From Oopsacas minuta (lineage: Eukaryota; Animalia; Porifera), in the NCBI GenBank assembly GCA_024704765.1, contig JAKMXF010000339.1, forward strand, positions 1 through 64,000: 64,000 nt of DNA. The letters are read 5' to 3'. Both the position numbers and the translations under genes were made by a program. The notes under the pieces were generated by a model. The model was not told the DNA's origin. It did not search any database and saw nothing but the letters and a program-made list of their open reading frames with translations. Of this stretch, positions 1 through 13,461 are shown one piece after another (position 1 is the stretch's first letter; each line of letters begins with the position of its first letter).

Positions 1-414
1 ATTATGCGAAAGATACGCTTAAACTTTTTGAAGATCTAAATATCCCATACATTCCAAAATCTGCTAACCCTCCTAATACACCTCAATTAAGGCCAATTGA
101 GGATTTCTGGGGTTATTTGAAATCCAAAGTTTATGAAGGTGGGTGGGAAGCTAAATCCTTCAGAATGTTGAAACAAAGGATTCGGAAATCAATCAGACAA
201 GTGGAATTTTCAATTGTCCAAAGGCTATTTTCAAGTGTCAAGACGAATATCCGAAAATCTGCAGACAATGGCCCATTAGCAGCGATCCATTGAGTTCTAG
301 CTAAATTAAAATGTAATTAAACAAATATGATCGAATTATACAATACTTTGTTGATAATTGATACAAGCTCAAACAAGATGAAATTTGTCTAATCTTTTAG
401 TGCTCACCCGTTAG
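1..414 (+). mobile_element. 3' end of a Tc1/mariner-superfamily element (DD37E-like transposase C-terminus, open frame 3-293)
   Basis: Frame 3 reads ...NPPNTPQLRPIEDFWGYLKSKVY...AAIH* (stop 291-293), resembling the catalytic-Glu region of IS630/Tc1 DD37E-type transposases. A probable terminal repeat ends ...CTCACCCGTTAG followed by TA at 415-416. Confidence 0.75.
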
Positions 415-420
415 TATGTA

Positions 421-2155
421 GGGATTGTTCCAGTAACTGTAAATTAGAGGATTAACTACCAGTAGCCTCAAAATGGCTGAATTCTTTAGCCAGAAAATGA
501 AAGTCGTCTTCAAGAATTTTGGTTGTAGTTGTAGTTGTGGATTTGTGAATAGATTCCCTTAGTTCATCGAGCATTATACTTTTGGAAGGAACAAGATTCA
601 AATATGATAATTCAGTGGTGTTATTAATTTGTGTTGTGTTAGCCTCAATTATATCATTAGTCTCCGCTTGAATTGGGTATAGACATTTGAGTATAACTTT
701 AGCAGTCTTTAGCAGGTCGGATTTCTTTATAGAATTATCGATAGATTCTGGATTAAGGAGATATTTCATTATAGCAACTATTTCAATTACTCTTCTGTCA
801 TTTATACGTTCCTTTAGGGTTTGAAATACATCAAGTGCCAGTTGTGACCCAATATTATCAATTTGGGGATACATGAAATTAAATATTCCTTCTGCCGTTA
901 ATAGATTAGAATCTCGGCTACATAATGAAGCAACTGCGATTTCTACAGGCTTTAGACATTTGTGGATATCATCAAGCATTTCCCATTCATGTTCATAGAT
1001 GGTAATGCTCCATGAAACATAAATTACTGCTTTACTTAATGGTTTTTCAGTTCCAAAAACCGCTCAATCATAGTGAGTAAACTGCTCAATCTAGTTTTGC
1101 AATCAAGGATTAATTTCAATTCCTTTCCGTTTCGATTTTCTTTAACATAACCCTGGAGCACATCATTTTTTGTTGGAGATTTTCTAAACAACCTTGCAAT
1201 AATTCTGACCGTATTTATTAGGAGGTTCAAATGATGCTTTAGAATCGGTAATATGCTTTCTATATCATGTGGGTCACAAATTTCATCATCATCATGAAGC
1301 ATGTGATCGTGAAGTTCTTCATTCAATTCAGCCGGTGAATTTCCGAGTATTTCAACGCTATAGTTAGTTTTGGGATCATAGAGGACATCACAAATTGCAA
1401 GATGGATGGCATGAGCAAAGCAAATTTGGTGAATTGGTTTACAAAGTTTTCCCATTTTGGTCATAACTGAGGCACCATCAGTTACCACTGCTACAACGTG
1501 TTCATTTAGATGAATATCGAATTCCTCATGTTTAGATTCAAGAATTCCTTTTGCAGTTTCGGTCGGCATGGTGTTAAATATTCTAGCAAATCCAAGGATC
1601 CAAACTTAGAGTTTTAGATGGAGATTGACATTCATGTACCGTCTGTTACAATTTGAAGTGTATTCATCAAGAGTTATACTAAATTGAGCATTGTTCTCGA
1701 GTATTTCAGCCAATTCTTGCTTAATAGAAGATTTCACTTGTAAACTATATTCTCTACTCGAATTGATATAGTAGAATGGCGCTTCGGTGGTATAAAACCC
1801 TTTGCTGATAAGGGTGACCTGATAAACTTACTCTGGGAAATTCTTAAATAACTAAATCCATCTTCCGCAGCTAATCGGGATAATACTTCACCTAGAGATT
1901 GCTGATTAGTGTAATCAAGAAAAGAAACTTGCTTATCACCCAGTTTAATCCTCTTACTTAAAAAGTGTCCCCTTTAGTTTCTTGAGCATGATCGAGCTTG
2001 ATGTTGTGTACGGAAAATGAATGTTTTCTAAGACCACCTGTACTTCCACCACTACAGCTGAGAATATTACCTGAAATGCATAGGGAACATTTTGCTTTTT
2101 CGCCAAATTTCTCAAAATGCTTACAAACTAATGATTTTTATTTAGTTGTTGCCAT
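421..2155 (-). pseudogene. hAT transposase pseudogene with BED zinc finger, truncated at its 3' end by the Tc1-type element
   Basis: BED finger VCKHFEK..AKCSLC..GGSTGGLRKH...H at ~2010-2130. Core motifs VVTDGASVM, CFAHAIHL and LDCKTRLSSLLTMIERFL (ORF 1036-1569). Several stops and frameshifts. ACCCGGGT-type subterminal repeats and a possible terminus lie near 2339-2412. Confidence 0.85.
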
Positions 2156-3029
2156 TTTTCTTTCAAATTGATCAAGACTAACATCAATTTAGTATTCATA
2201 TACTATATATTATACATTGTTATTGTTGATCGGTTATTTTTGAGGATTCCACTAAATATTTTACAGGATTAATTGAATTACTTCATTTGTATTCAATATA
2301 CAATGAACACTATACTATTCCTTGTATAATATTATATTACCCGGGTATCGTGTATTAATCAGAATATAGGAACTGAGTATACCCGGGTCTTAGAGAACCG
2401 GGTCCCACCACTCGATGGTACGCATCCTTATTCGGATCCATTCAAAAACTAATTCCAATCATGTCTCATTTAAAATAAGGCCTTTCTTGCTCAGTTCAAA
2501 TTGCCAAAGTGATACATCTATCTCTTGTTTATCTGGACTTACCATAATGGAAGCTAAATTCTTAAATAATTCTGTAAACATGTCAGCTTTTGCATATTAT
2601 AGTGTGTAAAGATTTTATATCTATATCTGAAGTTTCTGAGTGTCCTATAATTTTGCTCATATAGTATCTTTCTTTCTAGATTTCATGATATTTCCGTAGT
2701 TGTACCTAATCACTTTGCGATAGATAATCATAGCTTACTAGACATGATGACTCGCAACTGAATATGTATAATGGACCAGGATGCACGATAGACCGCACTT
2801 TAATATTCATTAATATTGGATTATTATTATTATTGGAGAGTATGTTTACGAAGGAATGGGCTTATTTTGTCTTTTAAATTTTTCATCTCCTTAAATCTGA
2901 TCGTTCTACTCCCACGTGGGAAACTGTTGATTTAGAAGTCTATTAACATTCAGCAGGCCCCCTAAGCCTTTTTTGTTCCTTTGTGGGTCCGGATTGTTGG
3001 GAGAACCGAAACTCTCCACTTTCACTAAT

Positions 3030-6000
3030 ATGTGCTACAAATTTCCCTCTGTTGTGGATAAGGAAAGGTTATTCCTCTTTTAGCTCCTCTACCTGAGATG
3101 CTTAGATATCCACTGAATACTAGTGATAGTCAGGGAAAGACTTCAGACAAGATATAAGAGCTTACAGCTCGGCACTTGCTTGTGCTTCAATCGGTGTGAA
3201 CCTTCATAAATAACTAGCTAATGCTAAACTTTGAATTAACACTTTCTGCATTCAAGGAGTTGCTACAATTAAATTGGACCACTCACTCCAAGAGAAGTCG
3301 AAGCGCCATCCTTTGCCCAAATCTATATTCATGGCGGAACAGCTGATGGAGAACTAGTAAACCTTCAGCGATATCTCGAAGAGGCATATCTTCCTTGTAT
3401 TGGAAGAACTCCAAGATACTCTCCATGAGATCAGCTCTTATCTCTTTTATCTCAAACAATGTATAGATATGATGAAAGAAAATGGAGCTAGTGACGTAAG
3501 GATGATCATCAGAGCTGATGGTGGTCCAGATCCTAGATGATAAAATACTCCTATTGCTCCTGAGATTGTTGCATAATGCCTGGAGACGGGTATAGAGAAG
3601 GAGTAGCTACCAGAGACATAGTACTATGTACACGTACAGGGGGTTTGCAACGTATCACCGAGTGCAACTGTGCTGATTCTTTACATTATGTTCTTTTGTT
3701 TCCTTCAAGACATAATGGGTGGCACATGAAATTCCCCAAAAGCCGAGGAGATGGATTTGAACTCCAAGGAGACTATTCTTATCCTATTATGGTTAGAGGA
3801 GAAGTAGGCTATCTACATCTCTGTGGCAAACTCTATCAACAATTGGTTTATGTTTGCTAAAGTATTGCAAGTGAAACTCAATTATTACAAGTTCAATCAA
3901 AGGACGCTCAGAGTGGAGTAGAACTATACAGGGGACTTAGGAATGCAGTCTCTGTTCGAGATATTAATGCTGGAGAATTTGGTAGAAGATTGATATTGCC
4001 TCCTTCTTTCATAGGAAGTCTAAGACATGTTTGAATCGTATCAGGAGTGCATATCCATAGTCCGATACTACGGTAAGCCTGATTATTTCATTACATTTAC
4101 TTGTAATCCAGATTGGGAAAAGATACATCAGCTCTTAGGTTTAATCAAAAGCGACAGTTCGTCCTAATTTGATAGTTCGGGTATTCGTAATGAAATTATC
4201 TGAATTTATTGACGATATCAGCGTAAACACGTACTAGCGAGGCCGAAAGCGTATGCATACACTATTGAATTTCAAAAACGTGGCCTCCTTCATGCAGTAT
4301 GTTGGTAATTTTTACAGAAGAGGATAAACGTAGAGAACCATTTAACTATGATGAAAAGTGCGGAAATTCCTAACCCAAAACATCACCTAAACTACATAGA
4401 ATCATGAAGTGTTGTATGATGCATAATTCATGTGGAGTATTAAGGAAACGGCTACTGCATGCAAGATGGAAAATGCAGTAAAATATTTCCTAATCAGTTT
4501 ACAAACGTAAGCTTAAAGTATGCAAGTTTGAACCAGACAACCCGATGGGTTGTTCCATAAAACCAACTTTTAGTTTAAAGTTCAATGCTCATATTAATGC
4601 TGAAATCGGTAGTATGGTTATAGAAGTGAATATTTGTACAGATACTTATACAAAGGTCACGATAAGGTGATTGCAGAATTTGATGAAGGAGAAAGTACTG
4701 CAGGTAGCAAGAAGGATGTTGATAAAATTGTCTATTACATAAACGCTAGATACCCTAAGATGTTAAGTACGTCTTTCAATGAAGATGTAATAAGTATGAT
4801 AACTATTGGGTAATACGTACAATCTACATTTTTGTGACGTAACCTATATCGTGCTGATTTCTGCAATGGATATTTGCATGAAAACAGTAGTTATCAATTT
4901 GTTAATGATAAATCTCAGATTAATGACCAAATTTTAAAGTACTTAATAATTATGCGATATATATACAAGTCTAAAAATGTCAGAATCTCCTATTTCGATA
5001 TTAATCTAGACGTAAGTACGTTACATACGTATTATACAACTTAGTAGAAATGTATTTGCTACCGAAGCTTGCTACCGTATATTTGGTTATGAACTCCAAG
5101 GAAAAAAACACTAAAGGAGATTAGCACTCCATTTGGAAGGATATTAATCCGTGGTGTATAGAGAAAGTCCTGACTTAGAAGCTGTCCTTAACGAACAGAA
5201 ACACTACATTGACAGGGTGGTTCAGGGCTAATGAAAAGTTCCCCGGTGCAAGAAATATTACTTACGCCAATTTCCCTGATAATTTTTGTGGGATACATCC
5301 TCATATAAGTAGAAAGAAAGAAAAGGGACATGGTACCTTGATTAGTCTTGTATATTCAGTCCATCCGGATGAAGCGGAACGTTTCTACATTAGAATACTC
5401 CTACATCATGTAACTGGATGTCTCAGTCAGGGATATTCGAACACTTCTTGATGGTACTATTTCAATATCTACAAGGAAGCAGAATTCAGACGAGGTCTCA
5501 TAGAAGATGACCAAAAGTGTGACGATTGTTTGACATAAGCTGCTTCATATTCAATGCCATCAGAACTACTTCAATTCTTATCACACTACTTATCTTTAAT
5601 GACCGATCTGAACCATTGGTTTCGTGGAAAACATCAGGCGTCTTTGGCTGAATACTTTCTTTTCAGAGCTAGAGTTATTTCCCCCAGTTTTGAATTGGAT
5701 GACTATATCTTGAACAGTGCGTGTTAGATATTGAGTACCGGCTTGCAAACCATTTTTCTGTCTGACTTTGGAGGGATGCCACTCCCATCACATGAAAGTA
5801 GTCCACATGATCAGCTTAAAGTTATTCAGGATGAATTAGAGTCCGATGAGCAACAACAAGCTTTCATTGTTGAGACTAATATTCCTCTAAGGAACCCTGA
5901 TCAGCATGAAATATATAATTGCATAATGAAGACACTTACGATACGAGTGTTGAATAGAGAGCTTTCTTCAGTGATGGGCCAGGAGTTCCTGGAAAGACAT

Positions 6001-6223
6001 TTCTGTACAACACTCTGTTAGCTAAAGTGCGATCACAAGGACATATCGCATTTGCTTTGGCTCCATCAGGCATAGCGCCCTACTGCTAACTACCGGAAGG
6101 AATGTTCATTCTAGATTGAAAGTGACGATTCCCTTGAGTGCACAAACAAAACTGATACAAAGCGCGAATCTATTGGCCTGGTATGAAGCTCCAATGGTAC
6201 AAAGAGATGCTACTAAGTTTATA
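3030..6223 (+). mobile_element. Helitron Rep-helicase pseudogene, segment 1 (N-terminus, HUH Rep domain, helicase Walker A/B)
   Basis: Motifs read across frameshifts: CC.xGKV, IRAYSSALA, RDIVL..R.GGLQRI, LPPSFIGS, FITFTCNPDW, TIEFQKRGLLHA (4261-4296, HUH motif), ERFYIRILLHHVTG, GPG..GKTFLYNTLL (~5973-6020) and LLAWYEAPM (Walker B-like, ~6170-6197). Confidence 0.9.
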
Positions 6224-7601
6224 CAGTCTGTCAGCTTGAAATTGGGAAGATCTTTGTTTTTCCCTAGCTACAAGTACATTTAGTGTATTTCTATTCCAAA
6301 TATGTTATTAGAATCCTTAAACAATCAATAAATAGTAGGCCTAATAATTTATCTTATTTCCGTTACTTTTCCGTACTAATTTGACTCTTTTTGGCATCGA
6401 TGACCAAAATGGACGTAAAAATTCATGTTCTAAAGAATTTCATACTTCATTTAGCTCCCTTCCCAGCTCATTTACATTTCGTGGTGACTTCAAATTGATT
6501 TCTCTCTTGATGCACGACCAGAGGTTCTCGATCGGATTCAAATCCGGACTACAAGCAGGCCAATACATCCTATATATCCCTTTCTCCTCCATGTATCCTT
6601 TAGCAAGGTTGCACGTGTGTTTAGGATCGTTGTCTTCCTGGAAAACCCATCCATCAGGGTACAAGACACTTGCTTGTTCTACTAAACATTCGTGCAGAAT
6701 GTCGCAGTAAAGTCGCTGGTGAGATCTTCTCTGAAATCTTGATAGGAAACGTTCCACGTGCTGAAAATGCTCCCCAAACATGCAATTTAGGAGAGTGTTT
6801 CGTACTGAGTTTTATTGGTTTCGAATCACCTTTACACCAGGCACATACTCTGCCACCAGCTAGCCAAATGGACATCTCATCGCTAAATATCACTTTCTCC
6901 CAATCTCTACATCTGTTAGACTTAGCCCAATCGACACGATAAGCCTTATGGGTTTGTGTAAGCATCGGAATCTTTCTAGCGACCTTGCGGGTGAAGCCAC
7001 GCTGCTTCATCTCAATCCTTACAGCCTCATGTGAGAACGATAGACCCCACCTTTTGTTAAATTTGCAAGACAACTTCCTCACAGATAACCTAGGATTGTT
7101 GATTGCCAAACTAACAAGTGATCTAGCGTTATTTGCTTTGATCTGACGCTGTTTTCCGGAACCAATCTTTCTATCAAAGGATTCAGCATTCCTCAATTTG
7201 TAAACAGTGCGATAAACTGTACTTTTTGGAACTCCAGTTCTTCGAGATAATTCCATACAATTCGTGATTCCTGTGAAAAGTATCTTGATATTGTTACGCT
7301 GTTCTTGCTCGTTCATTTTAAGGTTTTGAATTGATGAAAGTAAAGAATTATTGGCGAATAAATAGAAGTGTTGCGAGAAATTCAAGTGATAAATATTTAT
7401 ATGGAATATTTGATTAGTAACTAAGTATAAATTGAAATATTTTGTAACCGCAGTCAGCTAGAGAAGTTCAGTTGGTTAAGAAATGACTAGAAATGTTGAA
7501 AAACACAAACTATCAATATTATTACGATAAGCAATTTGAAAATGCAATTAGGAACATTCTAACATCGAAAAAGATTTTCCCAATTTCAAGTTGACAGACT
7601 A
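6224..7601 (-). mobile_element. Full-length Tc1 (DD34E) element with frameshifted transposase, inserted in the Helitron
   Basis: 32-bp TIRs: CAGTCTGTCAGCTTGAAATTGGGAAGATCTTT (6224-6255) versus 7570-7601, 3 mismatches. TA at 6222-23 and 7602-03. Motifs FSDEMSIW, FQEDNDPKH and SPDLNPIENLW with 34 residues between D and E. Confidence 0.95.
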
Positions 7602-7603
7602 TA

Positions 7604-7716
7604 TCGTAGTTAAGAAATATTGGTTCCTGTGAGCTACCATTTGGAGGAAGGGTGATCGTATATTTGGTGGTGATTTCCTCCAGATTCTCCTTATAATTCT
7701 ACATAGTACCAGAGCA
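7604..7716 (+). mobile_element. Helitron segment 2 (Pif1 helicase motif III region)
   Basis: LRNIGSCELPFGGRVIV / FGGDFLQIL matches the Pif1 PFGG..VFGGDF.QILP motif. It joins in frame to segment 1 when the Tc1 and one TA are removed. Confidence 0.85.
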
Positions 7717-9364
7717 CAGCCGGTCCCAGGATTTGAGAAAGGGGGGTCTATTTTTACAAAGTTCCAGACGCAATTTCTGAGGATAAAAGATTTATAATAC
7801 TTGCTATGAATATACTTGCTTATTATAAATGAAAGATTTTTAATCGTATCTAGTCAAATATCACATAACTGGAAACATTCTTCTTTGGTTTTTTCTATGA
7901 ATTTCAAGCAAATATAGTCTAAGTTTATATCCATACTATGGTGCATATTCATCAGCGCTAGTCTAGAGAGTCGCTCTTGTCCCATCGTGCTACGAAGGTA
8001 GCTTTTTACTCTGCTAAGACATGAGAATGAACGCTCTGACTCACAACTTCCAATTGGAAGGGTGCATCCAATTTTTAGTATGGTTAGAATGTTGGGAAAA
8101 ATATCTTCATCTGCATGACTTAGACACTCGGACAAGTTTACTGATAATTGATTGGGCTCCTTGCAACTCCAATAGTGCTGCCATTCCTTCATTTCAGATC
8201 TAAGTGAAGAACTAAAGGGCAGGTCTGGTTCCCAAAACATTAGTCCAATTACAACAGACTCTAAGTCAACAGCACCTAATGTGATAGCATCGGGGAGTAA
8301 TGCAAGGATTCTATGCCTTTCCTGTCCTCAGGATTGAATCAACCTGTTAAATTCAGCTAATAAATAGTCAACAAACTGTATTGCCAGATTTCGCAGGTAA
8401 TACTCCTTTGGACATGTACTTGGAGCATTAACTCTGTAAATTTGTCGAGAAGATCTAGGTCCAGCTCCTCTAGGAGATGTGATATTAACACCAACCTTCG
8501 AGACAAAGTGGATAACTTCTTCATGCCAGCTGTTGTCCTCATCCTCAATATCATACCTAAAGCCAGTGATTCGATCTTTTGCCCGGTCTATCATGGCATA
8601 TGCCTGATAGATATCCAGGTCCCTTTTCTGCAGCTTGGGAGCAATGGGCCTGATGATTTCCAATGCATTCTTTGCAGTAATGAAGCGATGATAGTTGCTG
8701 ATGACTCCAGATTGGACAAAAGCCCCTGTGCATTAGATCTTGTATCCTAATCCCAATGACCACTCCAAGTATCCTCGTAAATTTGGTGATAGCTAGATGA
8801 ATCCCGCATGCGTCTAGACATTCGCACAATGACTCATACATAGTATGCAAGCTATCAAAACAAGTATGCCGCTCGCTCCACCCACCTTGTTTTACAGTCC
8901 AACAAGCTTTGTCTTATGCATGTCAGGTGCCAAATTCTTTACTATTCTTTCAAGAAATCGCTGCCTTTTGAGAGACTTATCAAAGAACAGGAAAACAGCG
9001 TTGAGAGTATCAATCATGTTCCTGATTGCAGGCAGTTTACAAGCACTGGCAATGCTTAGAGTGAGTACATGGCTGTTACAATGTACATACAGTGCACGTG
9101 GGGATACTTGTCCTATCCTTGTTTGTACTCCAACTTTATCAGAAGACATACAAGCGGCACTATCATAGCTTTGACCCCTTGCTTTAGTAAGATCGACGTG
9201 GTTATGCTTGAGGCTTTCGATAATAGCACTGGCTATTGTTTCTCCAGTTACACTCTCAAGATACATGAAATCATAGAAAAATTCTCTGATTTCGTTACCA
9301 TCAAGTAACATCAGACACACGGAGAGAATCTCTTGATTGCTATGAGGATCTGTAACTTCATCAG

Positions 9365-11562
9365 TAGGCCGGATCGAGAAAAGTATAAATCGTCGGTTCA
9401 ACTTCTACCTAAGGGAAATGTTGCCTTCACCATTTTCTAGGAAAATGCGAGGATTATATTTGAAAAATATTTCGATTTGACCCTTGCGGTTTTATATTTT
9501 TGCTGTGTCAATTTTCGCAAAATTGATTTTATATTGTCTGAATTTTCAAATTCCTTTGACTTAGCTCCTTTATATATATTTTTGGTAATAGTAAGTCGTA
9601 TATTCGCTATTGGATGGTATATTAATCGAATTTCTATGTTCAAGGATACTCAAGTTATCAAGACTTGTTTTGCATATTCTATCATGCCCTATTATTATTA
9701 TTACCCACCCCCACTTTTGTACCGATTATTTGAAAATTCTGTATTCTTAGTAAAATTTGTTATATAATCACCAAACTCAGTATATCTCTTTATCTAGATC
9801 CAAATTCCTCAATAGGTTACCATAAAGAAATTTTCCCAACATTCCTTATCTCTTGTTCTTAACTTAGTTACAATTTATCTAGCATGGAATTTATGGTCAA
9901 TTATAGTATCTATATCAATACTCGATCAAATCGTTCATATTATTGAGTGATTATATTCCTAAATGTATTTATTTTTGAAATGGCAGAAAACATGCGTAGT
10001 AAAGTATTTCATCCTATTTTTGGCTATCCGGGACCTATTCCAGAAAATCAACTTTCAACAAACTAGATCTATACAATCATTATAGAATGCTTAGAAATGA
10101 AGATTCTTAATCAACTAGAGACGATATAAGTGAAGGAATTAACTGAAGCATTAGTGTACATCTGTAATTTGGCTTCCATACCCACTATATCAGAGCTCAA
10201 AATGAAACAGTACATTAATTCTGATATTATTGAGAGAGCTAAATACTACGGAAAAAGTATTCAAAACAAGCAACAACCTGACCGTATACAGCCTATTAAT
10301 TATTTCCGAATTCAATGTCTTGTTCGATGTCTCAAGTTGCAAATGCCTAATTCAGGAAGGTAAATGTTTTTGCTCTCTCGATAAAAAGATACCACGCCGT
10401 GAGTGGTCATTCGTCTTTGATCAGCGAAACGCTCGAAAATTATTTATATCCTGCTTGGATTGCATGACAACCTCTAAAAATATTGTTATACAATAAAGAA
10501 AAGAGGCACAATATGAAAGAGAAGAAAGGGAAATGAAGAGATTACATGCTGTTCAACCTTCGCAAGAATTTATAGAATGTGTCTTTGAAGAGTTTAAATC
10601 TTTTGACTCGAGCATATCTAATACTCACAAGTATACACGTAATCATAATCAATTACGAAATCTAGCCATAAAGTGTGATAGAAATCAAATTAGCGATCGG
10701 GCAGGCGAAGCTATAGCTAACGTAATATTGCAGGATTATGGTATTATCACACCGGAAGAAGATAGTCAAATTATTGATAGAAACAAACTCCGTAGATCTA
10801 GATTGCTAATGAGGCTCATGAAACTATCGATGAAATATCTGCAATATATTTTGATGGCCGTAAAGATCAAACTCGAGTGCTGGTAGAAAGAGAAGATGGA
10901 CATTGGCATCAGGATACTGCAAATGAAAAACATTATACTGTCTAATCTGAACCGGAGAATCAGTATGTTGCCCATGTAACACCAAGTTCTAGTAGCGCCA
11001 AAGATATACCAAGGGAATTGACTGATCTTTGCAGGGAGCGTAATTCAAATTTAATGGCGGTTGGAGCTGATGGAGCTCGAGTTAACACTGGAATCTACAA
11101 TGGATGTATTAGATTACTTGAACTAGAGTTCACAAAACCACTCCACTGGTTTATTTGCCAATTACATGGTAATGAACTTCCATTGAGGCATCTCTTTCAA
11201 ATAATTGATGGAAAAAAGGGGGTGGGTAATATTATTAGGGTATGATAGAATATGCAAAAAAATCTTGATAACTTGAGTATCCTTGGACATTGAAATTCGA
11301 TTAATACACCATTCAATAGCAAATATGCGACTTACTATTACCAAATAATATATATAAAGGGGCTAAGTCAAAGGAATTTGAAAATTCGGACAATATAAAA
11401 TCAATTTTGCGAAAGTGGCACAGCAAAATTATAAAACCGCAAGGGTCAAATCGAAATATTTTTCAATTTTAAGTCTCGCATTTTTCCTAGAAAATGATAA
11501 AGGCAACTTTTCCCTTGGGTAGAAGTTGAACCAACGATTCAAACTTTTCTCGATCCGGCCTA
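9365..11562 (+). mobile_element. Internally deleted hAT-related element (hATm-like) with ~350-bp TIRs and 8-bp TSD
   Basis: TSD TTCATCAG at 9357-9364 and 11563-11570. Termini TAGGCCGGATCGAG / CTCGATCCGGCCTA, with the inverted repeat spanning ~9365-9715 versus ~11215-11562. Transposase remnants AIYFDGRKDQT and GADGARVNTG...WFICQLHGNELPLRHL. The hATm label comes from recalled motif similarity only. Confidence 0.8.
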
Positions 11563-13461
11563 TTCATCAGCCATAATAGCAAAGAAGATGTTATCAAATA
11601 GTAGGCTTCGCGTGTTTCCTTTGAATATATTCAGCTACTAAATCAATAACTTATTTCTGGATTCTTTTGACGTGTACTGCGCATTCGTTTTTCCACTTTC
11701 TTGATGTCCCCGTAAAACAACATCACGCCTGGACATCATCTCAAAAATTGCCCAAAAATTACCTTTATTAGAAGATATACTTATATGTCATCCCTGTGGC
11801 CACGAAGTGATAATTTCTGTTCCCCACACAATACTACAGCTTCTATGACACTCTTCGAGATGTGGCGGTTCTTCATATACGCTAAGCGGACAAAAGTATT
11901 TGCACCAAAAAGAATTTGGGAATTTGGTCGCAAAATAAACTAAGGCTGATCAGCTAATTAGATATACAAAGACTAAGCTACTAATAGGGTTTAGGATATA
12001 ATCTTTGAGAATTATTCTCAGTATTTTAATGCATTGCCTATTGCTTTTCGGAGTATTTTCATACTTCTCGGCAGTCCTTCGCCTAGCCGTCTCTTTTTCC
12101 CAAACCACTTGAAGACAATGTTCGCTCGATGACACAGCGCGTTTTCCTGCATAAACATGCCGTTTGGACATTTTCGTTGAAATTCTTCATAATTTGCGAT
12201 GCATCGGCTCTACAATTTTGGAAATATATAGGGTGTCTCAAAAGAATATTCCTCTTATGAAAACCACTATAATATAGAATTTCTTGGATAGATTCGTCTA
12301 ATTATTTGCCTATATATTCACCATTAAGTTTTATACATGAATTATTCGACTTGGCATCCCATCAACTAAATTCTCAAGTATCAACGGGCTAATCCCATTC
12401 CATATATTTTCCAATTATTTTCTGAGCTATGTTAAATTTGTAGCGGGCTTTCTCTTGTCTACTTGCATAATAGACCAAAGATTTTCGATGGGGTTGAAAT
12501 CTGGGGAGTTACTAGGTCAAACGCCTTTCTCCCAAAAGCCAGGTAGATGCTCTGAAAGCCATTTCTGGGTCCTTATGGCTGTATGGGCAGGGGCGCCATC
12601 CTGCATGAAAATTGTCTCGGACATCTTTCGACAGATTTTCCTTTGGGTAAGTGGGGCTCTAGTCTTTCTACGCTTAAAGGTATGGAGACAACACTTCTCC
12701 AGGATTTCATTAATATAGTAGTCAGTATTCACTGAGTGTTTTGGGGGGATGAAGTGTAGTTCTGATAGCCCTGACCGGCTCATCATTCCCCAGACCATCA
12801 TTTTCGGGGGGGTTTTGACTGATTCAACTGGGGTAATGTTGTGCGGATTAATGTCCCAAACACGATCATTCTGTCTATTAGTTGGATAGAAAAGCTCAAA
12901 AGGGCTTTTGTCACTAAAAAGAACTCTTTCCCAATCACGACCAGTCCATGTTTTGTGTCTCTGACATAATTCTAGCCTCTTTTACCTTTTGTTTTAAAGT
13001 CAATTTCGGGTATGAGGCTCTTCTATAGGCTTTCACTCCGATTGTGTCGCGTAAATAACGGTGAATTGTGTCTTTACTAACGGTCACCGACTTAGACGAG
13101 ATATATTTCGCAAGATTTCGGGTTGAATTGTAGCGTTTCCCGATTGATTTTCGAATTATAATTTTCAGAATCCGGGAAAACTTCGTCGGAAGTCCAGACC
13201 GGTGCTTGTCATCAAGCAAATATCCAGCTCTATGCCTTTTACACCAGTTCCGAACTGTCCGAATTGTGACTCCAAGAGTATTGGCGACTGTTTTCTGTGT
13301 TGAACCCGCTTCAATCATGCCAATCGCTCGCTCACGAACAGCGAATCTCGGTTTCATGACATCCATGTATGAAATTTGTGAGGGTTGAGAAAAATATTGA
13401 AAATATAAACAGATTATCAAATAATGAAATGAAGTATTCATTATGTATTGGACTACTATAG

